Source: Octopus sinensis (taxonomy: Eukaryota). Taken from it: a stretch of DNA of 64,000 bases. The stretch spans positions 62,248,001 to 62,312,000 of the forward strand of contig NC_043002.1 in NCBI RefSeq assembly GCF_006345805.1, in the 5' to 3' direction. The notes below the pieces were generated by a model. That model was given only the letters and a program-made list of their open reading frames with translations, had not been told where the DNA came from and searched no databases. A program made the position numbers and the translations under genes. Shown piece after piece: positions 26,601 to 39,700 of the stretch. The number at the start of each line of letters is the position of its first letter. Within the stretch, counting starts at the first letter, position 1.

Positions 26601-27738
26601 AGCATTATACTCAGTAACAAAACAGGCAAAGGAATATCTAAGTGAATTCCGAATACAACAAATTTCGAAATTAGAGATAGACATACACGAAACAAGCACA
26701 GAAAAAGCTAGGCGCATGAAAACCCGTGCCAAACCTGCGGCCTTAGATATTCTGAATAATAAATGGCAAGAAAAACCTCTCTACGGCAAATACCCAAAGA
26801 GAGCGAATAATGCAGATATTGACAAAGCCCTGACCCATCAATGGCTAATGGCCTCTGACTTAAAATCTGAAACAGAAGGGTTTATCATAGCAGCTCAAGA
26901 TCAATGCCTACCAACAAGATACTACCAGGCCAACATATTAAAGAACGGCAGTATCCCAACATGTCGCGTATGCCGACAACAAAATGAAACCATTGATCAT
27001 GTTGTCTCCAAATGCATTCTTCTAGCGCCTACAGTGTACCTCAACAGGCATGATAGAGCTGCACAATATATTCACTGGGTAATTTGCAAAAACCTGGATT
27101 TGCCCCATGAAAAAAACTGGTGGGAAACAATCCACCTCCAGTGCTTGAAAATGACCACATCTCACTCCTCTGGAACTTCACCATTCAAACTGACAGAAAG
27201 GTAGATGCAAATAGGCCAGACATCATAGTGAAAGACTTCAGACAAAGAACATGCCTCCTCATTGATATGACTGTCCCAATCGATATAAACGTATCTGTTA
27301 AGACCTACCAAAACCTGAGCAAATATAAAGATTTTGAAATAGAAATCAGCAAATTGTGGAACCTGAAGACTAAAACAATACCTGTTGTCATATGTGCCCT
27401 GGGAATGATAGCAAAAGGGGTTGATTGCTACCTAACTCAGATACCAGGAAACCCCAAAATGGCAGAAATTCAAAGGATAGTGCTCATGGGAACCGCTCAT
27501 ATCCTACGCAAAATACTCTCTATGTAATCTCAAGGTTTAAAACAAACTGTATTTTTTTAAAATTTATTTATTAGACATTCACTAGTACAACACCAAAAAA
27601 GAAAAACCAAATATATGGCACACTAGGCATAACAACAACGTGAACTTCCAACCTGTTGTCTCTTGAGGTCTCTGGGTGAGACTTGGAGCCAACTTGTACA
27701 GACATAAATCAATGGTCAAACATAGAATAATAAAAATA

Positions 27739-27782
<44 letters not shown>
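23700..27782 (+). mobile_element. Near-full-length decayed Dong/R4-clade RLE non-LTR retrotransposon
   Basis: Myb-like N-terminal block, RT, CCHC knuckle, RPD..D endonuclease, 3' UTR and (TAA)n tail at 27723-27782. The 5' boundary is approximate. Confidence 0.92.
23887..27527 (+). pseudogene. Disrupted Dong/R4 ORF (RT + CCHC + restriction-like endonuclease)
   Basis: GDSLSP, YLDD, CRVC..H..C, RHD, RPD..ID. Stops at 24043-24045 and 26599-26601; frameshifts near 24420, 25080 and 27120; in-frame loss of ~57 codons near 26270. Confidence 0.9.
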
Positions 27783-27783
<1 letters not shown>

Positions 27784-28616
27784 TTGTTCCTGGATCGTTT
27801 GTCGGTTTGTTATATATTCCACTTCTCTGATTAAACGATCCGTCTTTTATGATTTATAGAATATAAGGTTAATTATTACACAGCCACATGTAATCCACAC
27901 TAAAGCCCTCATTTAGCCACACGTACTGTACTATAAAGGAGTTTTTGTTTCAGAAATTACCGATCTATTCCATAGTTTCCATTGTTGTCAAATTTCCAGG
28001 ACATGCTTAATCAGAATGACCCAATGTTATGCTACAACGAATTTAAAACAATAGAATCGAACCCCACACCTCATTATTATTGAGCAAACTTCTTGAACCA
28101 CAAGGCCACACCTACATTGAAATACAATACTCTTTACACATAACCATCACATACACGATACATACGCACTAAGTCAATATTCAACTCTGCCATTGTGCCG
28201 TCAGGAGACAAAAATGACGTCAACGAAGCGTAGACAATAAATTAGATTGCCGGATTTTCTTTGAGTTTACCAAAGCGTAAATACTTTTCTATGTAATACA
28301 GAAGTTATTTCAATGTTCAATGGTATATTTATCTTATTATTTTTGACGGTTTTTTTATTGAGTTTTCATTTTGTGGTATTTTAAATATTCGAATTTAAAT
28401 AGAAACTTATATTTGCTGAATTTAAGAGCAAGAACGTTTGTATGATATGAGTGTGTGGATAGGTATGTATGCATGCACACACACGCGAGCAAACACACGC
28501 TCAGGCCCGCACACACACATACATCGCACCTGCACACACACTCACATTCACGCACACATTTGCAAACATTATAAGATACATAAATTCGAGAAAGCTAAAA
28601 TACCAATTAAAGCTCG

Positions 28617-28650
<34 letters not shown>

Positions 28651-28800
28651 GTAAGTATGTCTATATATATGTGTGTGTGCATGTGTCTACATTTATATAT
28701 ATACATATAGATAGGTAGATAGATATAGATATATATATATATACATACATAAAAATATGCATACACAGACACACACACACACGCACACACACACACACAC

Positions 28801-28872
<72 letters not shown>

Positions 28873-28955
28873 GTATGCATATTTGTGTGCGTATTAATAA
28901 ATATCTTTAATTACATATATATACAAATGCACACACATATACACGATTATATGTG

Positions 28956-29011
<56 letters not shown>

Positions 29012-29120
29012 GGGGGAGCGACAGAAGCAGAGAGAGGAAGAAAGAGAGACCGAAAGAGAAGTAGATACATAGAGATAAATAGAGAGATAGTAGGAGAGAG
29101 TAAGGTAGAGACAGAGTGAT

Positions 29121-29171
<51 letters not shown>

Positions 29172-29704
29172 CAATTACACAAACACACATTATACAAACA
29201 CACATAGAAATCCAGTCATATGGAAATATTGCAAGATACATAAATTAGAGATAACCAAAGTAGGACCAATTAAATCTCAGATTTTACACCATCGTTATTC
29301 TGACTTGAAACTGCAATATTTTCAAATGAAATGAACCGTTAGTGGGAATAATTTATTTTGCACAAATATATCATTACCATCGTCAAAACCTTTCGGTACT
29401 TTTCCTTCAAATAGTTTTTTATATCAGTTGCTTGTGTTATTGCACAAATGTAAATTATCCATGATCGTCAGAAGAATACCTCGGCCTCCTTAATGCTGTA
29501 CAAGACTGTGTTAAGAGACAGTGATACTTCGCAATACGAACTCGCTTTAAAATTCAATTTTCTAAAATATAATTAATCCGTTCCAGCCCCTCAAAAACTA
29601 TTCAAAAATAGTGTTTTATGGGTTTTAAATCAGAAAGGTGTTGTTACAAGTAAAATGATAATTATGAAAAAGAAAATGGAAAACAAATATGGTTTTATTC
29701 ATTA

Positions 29705-30310
29705 TACTAGCAGCTAAGCCCGGTTTCACCCAGTCAGTTTGGATGATGTGGCTGTAAAACCTGCTCTGTGCAAGCATTCGACTTCTTTGGGCATGCTTAC
29801 GTTAAAATACAATTTTAGAATGACTTTTTGCTGTCAAAACACTAAAAATAACTGACCAACAGCAAAAAGAAAAAACAACCAAGACTCAACCAAATCAAAA
29901 ATTAAATCCATATACTAAGCAAAAAATGATAAACCATTCCACTTCCATTGCGCGCGCGCACACACATTCACATACCCTCCTTTTACACACACACACATAT
30001 ATTCACACAAAGTTGAAACGCTATTTGATTTATTTGTCAGCGTACAATTTTCACCATCCCACTCCCAAGTATAATATCTCCTCTTCTTTCCTTATTCATC
30101 TATCACCCGTTTCTTTCCCATTCATAAACACAAGAGTATTATAGTAGATTATCCCGGTAACCATGGGAGCTATAGAAACATACAAAGCACAGTATCACCA
30201 CCGGATCATTCTACACATCTGTGTGATTTTTCGCGCAATTCCACCCAGTCGTTTGACCGTGGATCCCAAGACAAGAAAAAATCACCAATGTCAAATTTAT
30301 ATGTATAAAT
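29705..30310 (+). mobile_element. Non-autonomous Helitron-like element (Lep1/DINE-type)
   Basis: Starts tactagcagctaagcccggtttcaccc (ACTAG plus short hairpin), has an internal CA tract and ends ...aaatttatatgtata. Confidence 0.45.
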
Positions 30311-30344
30311 TAATTGAATTACCTTGAAGATGGGACGATTTGTG

Positions 30345-30457
30345 TGCTTGTACTGCAGATTTCCGCTCGTACCTCAAGACAAAAATTCCCACAGGTCTTC
30401 ACTCGTACAGCAAACTACTCGTACAACGGGGCACTCGTACTGCGAGGTTCTACTGTA
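30345..30457 (+). mobile_element. pogo/Tigger-like DNA transposon end
   Basis: Four ctcgtac subterminal repeats ending cgaggttctactg followed by TA. Confidence 0.6.
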
Positions 30458-30639
30458 CGACATCGAGAAAAACTCACTGGAGTAGTTTATTCTGTTTCTT
30501 GTGAGAGTTTTTGTGGGTTTTGCACGGCTTCATCTCTGTCAATTGTTGAATTTTGTATTTTGGGTAATATCGATTTCTGTCTGAGCTATGTGTTATTGAA
30601 ATAGTCGTGCTAAAAAAATATTTCCTGTCATTGGAAATT

Positions 30640-31105
30640 TGCGCGGCTGTGTGGTTAGAAGTTTGCTTCCCAACAATATTGTACATTGAACAAATGTTTT
30701 CTACTCTAGAGTCGAGGAGGCACAAAGACTTGTCAGTGGATCTGACAAACAGAAACTGAAATTATACGTGAGTATATGTTAGTGCGAATATGTGCATGTA
30801 GGTTTGTGAGTCTTTGTGTGTGGGTGCGTGTGTGTTTATGTTTGCGTATCTGCATACGTGTGTGTGTGTTTATGCGTGTATATTTGTGTGTGTTTATGTG
30901 TGTGTATTTGTATGTGTGTGCATGTGTGCCTTTCTCTTTGTCCCACCCCCGCTTTAGAACCGGTGTTGGTGTGTTTCCAACCCCGTAAATTAACTGTGCG
31001 TCAAAAGTGTTCGATGGAATAAGTACTAAGCTTTAAAAAGGGTATAAAAACTGGGATCGATTCAGATAACTAAAAATTCTTCAAGGTGTTGCCCCAATAT
31101 GGGCG
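30640..31105 (+). mobile_element. Decayed SINE related to family A
   Basis: ggctgtgtggttagaagtttgcttcccaac head, TG microsatellite middle, ..aaccggtgttggtgtgttt..ccccaatatgg tail. Confidence 0.6.
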
Positions 31106-31146
31106 CACTTTATTAAATCATGTAAAAGATAAACGATAAACGATAT

Positions 31147-31545
31147 AGGCATAGGCGTTGCTGTGTGTTAAGTAGCTTGCTTACGAACCCCATAGCTCCG
31201 GGTTCAGTCGCACTGCATGGCACCTTGGACAAGTGTCTTCTACTATAGCTTCGGAGCGACCAAAGCCTTGTGAGTGGATTTGGTAGACGGAAACTGAAAG
31301 AAGCCCGTCGTATATATGTATATGTATATATGTGTGTGTACATATTGTGTATCAGTGTTTGTCCTCTCAACATCGCTTGATAACCGATGCTGGTGTGTTT
31401 ACGTCCCCGTAACTTAGTGGTTCGGCAAAAGAACCCGATAGAATAAGTAATAGGCTTCCAAAGAAAAAGTTCTAGCATCGATTTTCTCCACTAAAGGCGG
31501 TTCTCCAGCATGGCCGCTGTCAAATGATTGAAACAAGTCAAAGAA
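31147..31545 (+). mobile_element. tRNA-derived SINE family A
   Basis: End-to-end homology to 16796-17295. Confidence 0.85.
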
Positions 31546-31804
31546 AAAATATCACCGATTGATGATGTCATAGAGCTAACAATAGGGAACTAAACTTTGA
31601 GATTTCTCTGCATTTCAATTCAATACCACTAACCTATTCCCATTTTATGAATCGCTCCAGCGTTTGTTTCAGTTTCCAGTTTCTTAACCCGTCTTCACAA
31701 ATACAATAATTTCAAAAAATGTCTTATTTAGAAAATTCCTATTCGTAAATCTTACAACGAGAGATATTCACCAACAGTACTTTGGAGTAAAAATTGTTTG
31801 CCAA

Positions 31805-32017
31805 CATAACATGGCAGTCCTGGTTTAGAACGTATGATGTTGTAAATTAACCCGGAAATCGCGATATACAGATATCGTTTTGAGCTGAATGGGGGTGCTA
31901 GATTCCCTTTTACGAAAATATAAGGACACAGATCGTGTCGTATATCCAGCTGGAGACGATGTCTCCTGGTGCTAAATTACAGCAACATTCATCCTAAACC
32001 AGGACTGCCATGTTATG
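31805..32017. mobile_element. MITE with 24-bp perfect terminal inverted repeat
   Basis: cataacatggcagtcctggtttag / ctaaaccaggactgccatgttatg. Confidence 0.75.
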
Positions 32018-33499
32018 ATGATAAATAATCTTTACTCCAATGTCTTATTTGATTTGTTCACTCCTGTTTGAAATTACAATGTCTAACAGAAACAGATCTT
32101 TTATTGTGGAGATTCAAATTTCCAGGACATTTTCTGAGAAATAAGATCTGAATGCAGTGCTCTATCCCTTCTGCTCTTCTGTTCTTTGGCTAATATTATA
32201 GTATGTTGTGTTAACTATGATTTTATGAAAGCTTTAATCTGTTGTGACCAGTTTAATCCCGAGAGAGAAAAGAATTTAAGAATCAATTTCCACTGCAAGT
32301 TTCGCAGATTACTTTCCTTTAGTAAGGAATATCTTGTATTATCTTGAAAAGAACTTTATGCCACGAATAAACTTACCCAATGATTATATTGTACAATTTT
32401 ATTTTTATTATCCCATCGAGTAACCATCTAATCAATAAACTAATCGACTGATTGACAGGTAGAGTTGGAGTAGAGAGGATTGGCATTGATGAGGTCACGA
32501 ATGATCTTGACATTCCTGGTTGATTGATTGATTGATTGATTGACTGATTGACCGAATGATTAATCATACAATTGATTAATTAACTGGTCAAATAGTCGAC
32601 CAAGTGAGAAATAAAAATAAAGAAGTGAAATAGAACCAGTTGGTGTGTTTATTGTCAGCAAAATGACTTTCCAGAAATAAAACGAAACCTGAATCAACTC
32701 CATGTAAAAAGTGACATCAGCGAGATCAAAGACAAATTCAAAATTATGCTACTACTCTTTGCTGATATTTATGAAAACTAACCACATTGAATTTCTATAT
32801 GAGAGCATATGTTTTTTTTTAATGAACTGCAAGCTGGCTTTACACATATAAAACTGTCTACGAAAGAACTGCTGTAATCACTCTTACTGGTCTTCGAATG
32901 ATAATATTTTACTATACTTAAATATGCATTTTTGTTACAGTTTGTGTGTTGACGTCATTGTAGTTTGGTCTTAGGGAGAATTTTCATTTCTGAATTGAGA
33001 TCTTCTTGATATCAACCCCGTATTTCATTTCTCTGGGAGTCTATAAAACAGACTACAAGCCAACTACCACTTCACTTCAATATTGCTAGACTTGCGTCTA
33101 AGCTAAAAGTATATTATAACACATTACATTAAAATATATTATAGTATATAGTATATTGCATTATATTACATTACATAATAATATATTCCATTATATCATA
33201 TCATAAAATAATATATTATAATAGATTATATGATATATTATATTACATCATATTGTGCCATATATTATATTTCACTATTTTACTATACAATATGCAACAC
33301 TAAATAACAGTTCGCCGTTGAAACGGACTTTTAATTTATTCATTTTAGCTGGAACTCAAAAATAGTCAAAAGTAAAAGATTCCCTGAAATAGTTTAGGTT
33401 CCTCTGAAATGTAACTTCACCTTTAAAAGCAGTATACAATTCTCTCAAGTTCACAACATTTTATTAGCACAAATGTTTTCAAGTGGAAAGATATGTATT

Positions 33500-33873
33500 T
33501 TAACATCATTTTCTGTTCCAACCTTCAGCTGATAAGGCAACTTTTACCCCATGACACTGGGGCTACTTACCGATATTGGCGAGAAAACGTCTGCACAACC
33601 GGATGGACTTTGTGCAATCTAGTCCAGGGTTTATATTATCCTGAATACACGTTCTTGCTACGATTCGACCTCTTTCTTGAGTCAGCTTTAGTAGCCTGCA
33701 ATTCTCAGCTGCTTCTGGCAATTTACTGCCAATATTTTTCATCTGCTTCAAAACTAATTCAAGAGAGACAGTTCACCGACCGAAACCTGGTACCAACAAA
33801 TCCTCAAACGGCTGTCTCTGCGAGAAGGCACAAGGACGTCATTGTTTTGTGATACTTCTAACAACTCACTGTA
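33500..33873 (-). mobile_element. Possible Tc1-like relic
   Basis: Terminus actcactgTA (minus strand TAcagtgag) and a weak LTQERGRIVA peptide; other end not found. Confidence 0.3.
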
Positions 33874-34639
33874 TATCCTTTGTTTCCTGAAGAAAATTTA
33901 CGCGTCATTCGGAAGATTACTATGCAAGTTTCAATCGACTTTTCACGTGAGCTCAGATAAAATACATTTAGAAATGTTGGTTTGAAATTTTGGCAGATAG
34001 TCAACAATTTCAGATGAGGGGGTTAAGTCGATTACATCAGCACTAGTGTCCAAATAGTACTCATTTCATCGTGTACGAAAAGATGAAAAGCAAACTCCGC
34101 GCAAACCATTTTAAACGGCGTGCAAACGTTACTGCCAGTTCACCGACAATATGTCGGGAAATATAAAACGAACGCAAATCTCCCCAAGAATCTCTCTTCA
34201 CAGAGCATTTAGTTATTTAGCAGTGCTAAATATTACAGCTATACAGGTGAGTCTTTTGATGATGTTAAGATGCGTTACTAGTTAGAGATATCAATCAACA
34301 TGTCTCAATCAGAGTCTGTAGCAGAAAGAAATTTTTTAAAAATTTCTAACTAAGCTAAAATAAAAAATAATAAATATGGTTGTATAATGATTTAACAACG
34401 CAGTGTAGCTATATTAACGTTAGACGTTGCCGCGTTTCCAACAACCAAAATTGATTCAGTGCAACTTTGATCTTTGAAGAAATAGTAAGAGTAAAAAAAG
34501 AAATCGCTTTAAAACTAATTTATTACACAGCAATATATTATGCGTACGTGTGTGTGTGTGTGTGACTGTGTGTGTGTCTTCATTTATATAGAGGCGTCTA
34601 TCTCTAGCTGTATAGGTATACCTCCTTCCCTCTGTACCT

Positions 34640-34810
<171 letters not shown>

Positions 34811-34906
34811 ATGCATATATTTATAAATATATACATATGTATGTGTGTATGTATCACGAATCTACCCAAGGAAATACTTAAATATATGCATACATATGTA
34901 TGTATG

Positions 34907-34940
<34 letters not shown>

Positions 34941-35634
34941 TATATAAACATATGTTTCCACTAGAGTTTCTACCAAGTGCAGACAAGTGAATTTGTTTTA
35001 GGTAACTTTTACTTTATATTTTAAGTATTCTTAAATAAGAAAGCATACATTATTCACAGTATGACAAAAACAGAATCAAATGAAGAAATAGAAAATATAG
35101 TATTTGAAGCTAGAAGGAGGAAAAAAAAATTCCTATAAACTGAGTGTACTTAGACATTAAAGAAAACAGATCAATAGGAAGTCTTAGAAATCGGTAATGA
35201 AAAAAGCGATTATTGCGGACCTCTAGCACTCGACGTAGCGGGATGGATTAAGAATTTTTGGCAGCTTCTACATACATACATACATACATACAAACATACA
35301 TACGTATATATATATATATATATATATAATATAATATATATATATATATATATGTATATACAAACGTATACATATATATATACATACATATGTATATATA
35401 CTTATGTATATATTCATGCATTCATAAACAATTACGCCCACACACATATAGGTATACACATATACACACATATATATATATATCTATTTATATTTATATA
35501 CCTTCTATATTTACATTTATATCTAGATTTTTCTATCTATCTAGTCACCCAAATATATATATATATATATAATATATATATATATGTGTGTGTAAGTGTG
35601 TGTGCGTGTGTGTGCGTGTGAGAGTATGTATATA

Positions 35635-35676
<42 letters not shown>

Positions 35677-35746
35677 TACATACACACATATATGTATATA
35701 CTTATACTTGTATTTCATGCATGTATATAAATGTATCTATATGCAC

Positions 35747-35780
<34 letters not shown>

Positions 35781-35849
35781 TTATATATGTTTATGCATTT
35801 ATACATAGGTATATATATATATGTATGTATAAACATATGTATATGTACG

Positions 35850-35885
<36 letters not shown>

Positions 35886-36279
35886 CATTTATATATATAT
35901 ATATGTCCACACGCACGCACGTATACACACTCACACACACACACATACATGTAGGTATATGTTTGCGTATCAAGCGATATTCGCTATAAATTTCATATCT
36001 ACTCAAAGTTATGTCGATTGAGATACGATAAAACATAACTGACTCAATTTCTTACCGCAGTGTCCGTTCCTGTATGTTTATATTTAATTTCACATTTCTA
36101 CATCTTAAGATTCAGTCTGCCATGTTTTCGATTGCCATTTTTTCCCCTGTTGTTTTAGTCATTCTCTTTTTAAAGAAAATAAATGAACAAATCGCTCCAA
36201 AGGATGGCCAGAATGTATTATGTAGAATATTTTGGTTTAAATTACTGGACAAAAGGCGTGAAACGACATGATGTGACTT

Positions 36280-36442
36280 ATGACGATGATGATGGTGATG
36301 GTGGTGGTGCTGGTGCTGGTGCTGGTGCTGGTGCTGGTGGAGGTGGTGATAGTTGTGGTGGTGATGGCGCCGACGACAACCATAACAACGACTACGTTGA
36401 GGAAAATGAGGACGTAAAGAAGATGAATAATAATAATAATAA

Positions 36443-36493
<51 letters not shown>

Positions 36494-36652
36494 TAATAAT
36501 AATAAGAAGAAGAAGAAAGAAGAAGAAGAAGAGAGAAGAAGAAGAAGAAGAAGAAGAAGAAGAAGAAGAAGAAGAAGAAGAAGAAGAAGAAGAAGAATAT
36601 TAATAATAGTAATAATGATAAAGATGATGATGATAATAATAATGATAATAAC

Positions 36653-36700
<48 letters not shown>

Positions 36701-36722
36701 TATTATTATTATTATTATTATC
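36280..36722. repeat. Compound trinucleotide array (GAT/GGT/GCT/AAT/GAA/TAT)
   Basis: Direct reading. The last TAT run is the (TAA)n tail of the minus-strand Dong element. Confidence 0.95.
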
Positions 36723-39700
36723 ATTGTCATTTACTTTTAATCTGCATGTGTGATGCAATCACCTGCCGGGGCACACCCAGCGCCCTAGGGCAAGTGAAGG
36801 TTAAGAGTTGTTGAAATATAGCTGAAAGCTTGGGGAGGGGAAGTAGAGAAATATCTCTATGTAATACAAACACAAACATTTACATTGATAGGGTTTTTCT
36901 AAGGATGTGGGCAGTACTTGTTAGCACAATCTTTTGAATTTCCTTGAGACATGGTTTTCCAGGGATATTGTCTAGGTGTTTCTGACATCCCTTTTTTATC
37001 ATACCTAGGGCACCTACAATAACAGGAACAGTTTTTGTTTTAAGATTCCACATCCTCTGTATTTCGATTTCCAGGTCCTTATATTTACTAAGTTTGTCAA
37101 ATTCCTTGACAGATACATTTTTATCAGTGGGGACGCTTACTTCTATTAGTCTGCAGGTATTTTCTTCCCTGTCTTTAACAATTATGTCTGGTCGATTAGC
37201 CTTGATCGTTCTGTCAGTGTTGACTGGAAAATCCCAGAGGATGGTGACATCTTTACCTTCAACAACTGGCTGAGGATGGTGTTCATACCAGTTAGCAGGA
37301 GTGTCGGATTTGTAGTGTTTACATATCTTCCAATGTATATACTGTCCTACCCTATCGTGGCGATTTTTGTATTCGTTTGGTGTCAGCACAGGACATCCCG
37401 AAACGAGATGGTCTATTGTTTCGTCAAATGTGTCACAGAATCTGCATTTAGGGTCAGTACCATTTCGGAGAACGTTAGCCTGGTAATTTCTGGTAAACAA
37501 GCTTTGATCTTGTGCTGCCATTATGAAGCCTTCAGTCTCTGCTTTCAATCCAGAACTCTTCAGCCACTGATGGGTTGTTGCTTGGTCTACATCAGCATTT
37601 TGGCTTCGGAGAATGTATTGTCCATGCAGGGGCTTCTGGCTCCACCGCCTCTCAATTTGATTCTGCCCATTCTTTTTTGCAGTCTGCCTGATTCGCTTTG
37701 CTTGCTTGGTAGCAGTGGCTTCTGGCTCTTCACCTGATTCAAGGTTAATGCCTAGTTCCCTTTCGAACTTATAAGCTTCCTTGACAATAGAATGCAGCTT
37801 TTTGCTGCTTTCGTGTTCACACACAAGTCGCAGCATCCAGTCTTTTGTACTAGATAGGTACCTGTTCATTCCTACAGTAGAGGTCTTATAGCACAGCTCC
37901 AATTGCATCATTCCTCTCCCCCCGCTGCTTCTAGGTAGGTACAAGCGGTCTACATCTGCCTTAGGGTGGTGCATGATCCTGGATGTCAGTAACTTTCTTG
38001 TCTTCCTGTCCAAGCGTTGGAGTTCCGTAAGGTTCCAGTTAATGATGTTAAAACTGTACTGGACTACTGGAAGTGCCAGGGTGTTAATGGCCTCAATGCA
38101 ATTTTTGGAGTTGAGTTCAGTCTTCAGTACAAGCCTTATTCTCCTATAGTACTCCTTTCTTATTTTTTCCTTCATATTAGCATGATGTATACCATCTCCT
38201 TCGTTGATTCCTAGGTATTTGTAACTTTCTTGTGGGTCAAGTTCCTTGATGGTAGTGTCAATATCTAATTTAACAGCAGCTGTTTGCCTGAGCTTGCCTC
38301 TTACAAAAGTTGCTTTAGCACACTTATCAAGGCCGAAATCCATTCCGATATCATTGCTAAACTCTTTAACAGTTGTTAGCAGCCCTTCTAGCTCTTGGTC
38401 ATTCTTGGCAAACAGCTTTAGATCGTCCATATAAAAAAGGTGGTTTATTAACTTGCTAAAAACTTTGTACCCATATCTGGCACTATCCAATTCGTTTGAG
38501 AGTGGGATCAGTGTCATGCAAAAAAGTAATGGAGAGAGGGAGTCACCTTGAAAGATGCCTCGTTTGATGTTGATGCTGTTGGACTGGCTCATCCCATTAC
38601 TATGGCTTAGAAAGAGACGTGTGTTCCACATGGTCATGCTATTCTCTAAGAATTTTGAGACGACAGGGGAGATCTTGTATATCTCAAGGGCCTTGAGTAT
38701 CCATTTATGTGGGACACTGTCATACGCTTTCCTGTAGTCTATCCATGCCATACTCAGGTTTTTGTTTTTGCTCCGGCAATTCTCTACAATCATTCTGTTT
38801 ATGAGCAATTGGTCTTTGCACCCATAAGAGTTTCTTTTACAACCTTTTTGAGCTTGTGAAAGGATAGAATTTTGTTCAAGGAAAGCGTACATTCTCTCCG
38901 TTATTATGGATGTGAGGATTTTGTAGGTGGTGTTGAGACATGTTATTGGCCGGTAATTCTTTGGGTTTTTTGTGTCTTCGGTTTTAGGTAATAGGTAGGT
39001 GGTTCCTTCAGTCAGCCAAGCAGGTATTTGCTCTGGGTTCTGAATGACATCAGACAGAGATGCAGCGAGATGTTCGTGTACCTCTGTCAAACAATTCAGC
39101 CAGAAGTTAGGGATCCGATCTAGTCCTGGGGTTTTCCATTTATGAGCCTTCCTAAGGACACACCTTAGCTCCTCTATTCCTATTGCTTCCCATTTCTGTT
39201 CTTCAAGTTCATCCAGTCTCTCTTTCTCACGTTCTATCCAGTCAGCCTCAGCATTAAACTCTTTTTCGTTGCTCCATACCTTCTTCCAGAACTCCTCCAC
39301 TTCCTCAATCTTAGGTGGATCTTCTATGTGTATTTTATTTTTGCCAATTTCCCTATAAAATTTCTTTGCATCTGTCTTAAAAAATTTATTTTGTCGATAA
39401 AATTTGTTTCTTTTGTCATACCTTCTAAGCCGTTGAGCTTTCAACTGTATCCGTTGTTTCAACAGTTCCTTAGTTGCAGGGAGGTTTATGAGATCTTTGA
39501 TTTTATATTTTTGCTTGATTTTTCTAGCTTTTCTCGGCTTAATATTCACTCCTCTAGCAAGCTCATCGAGAACTGAAACATCCGCCCGCAGAGATTCAAT
39601 CTCTTTTTGTATCGCTACTTTCCACTTAGGAGGTTCATTGACATGCCTGGCCTTTTTCTTTGTCATCTTAATACCTAGTTGGGTAGTTACTACTTTAGCA

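Noticed and set aside
30370-30445. Short spaced repeats (ctcgtac) as a CRISPR-like array
   Set aside because: 7-nt units ending in a Tigger-type terminus in eukaryotic DNA; these are subterminal repeats.
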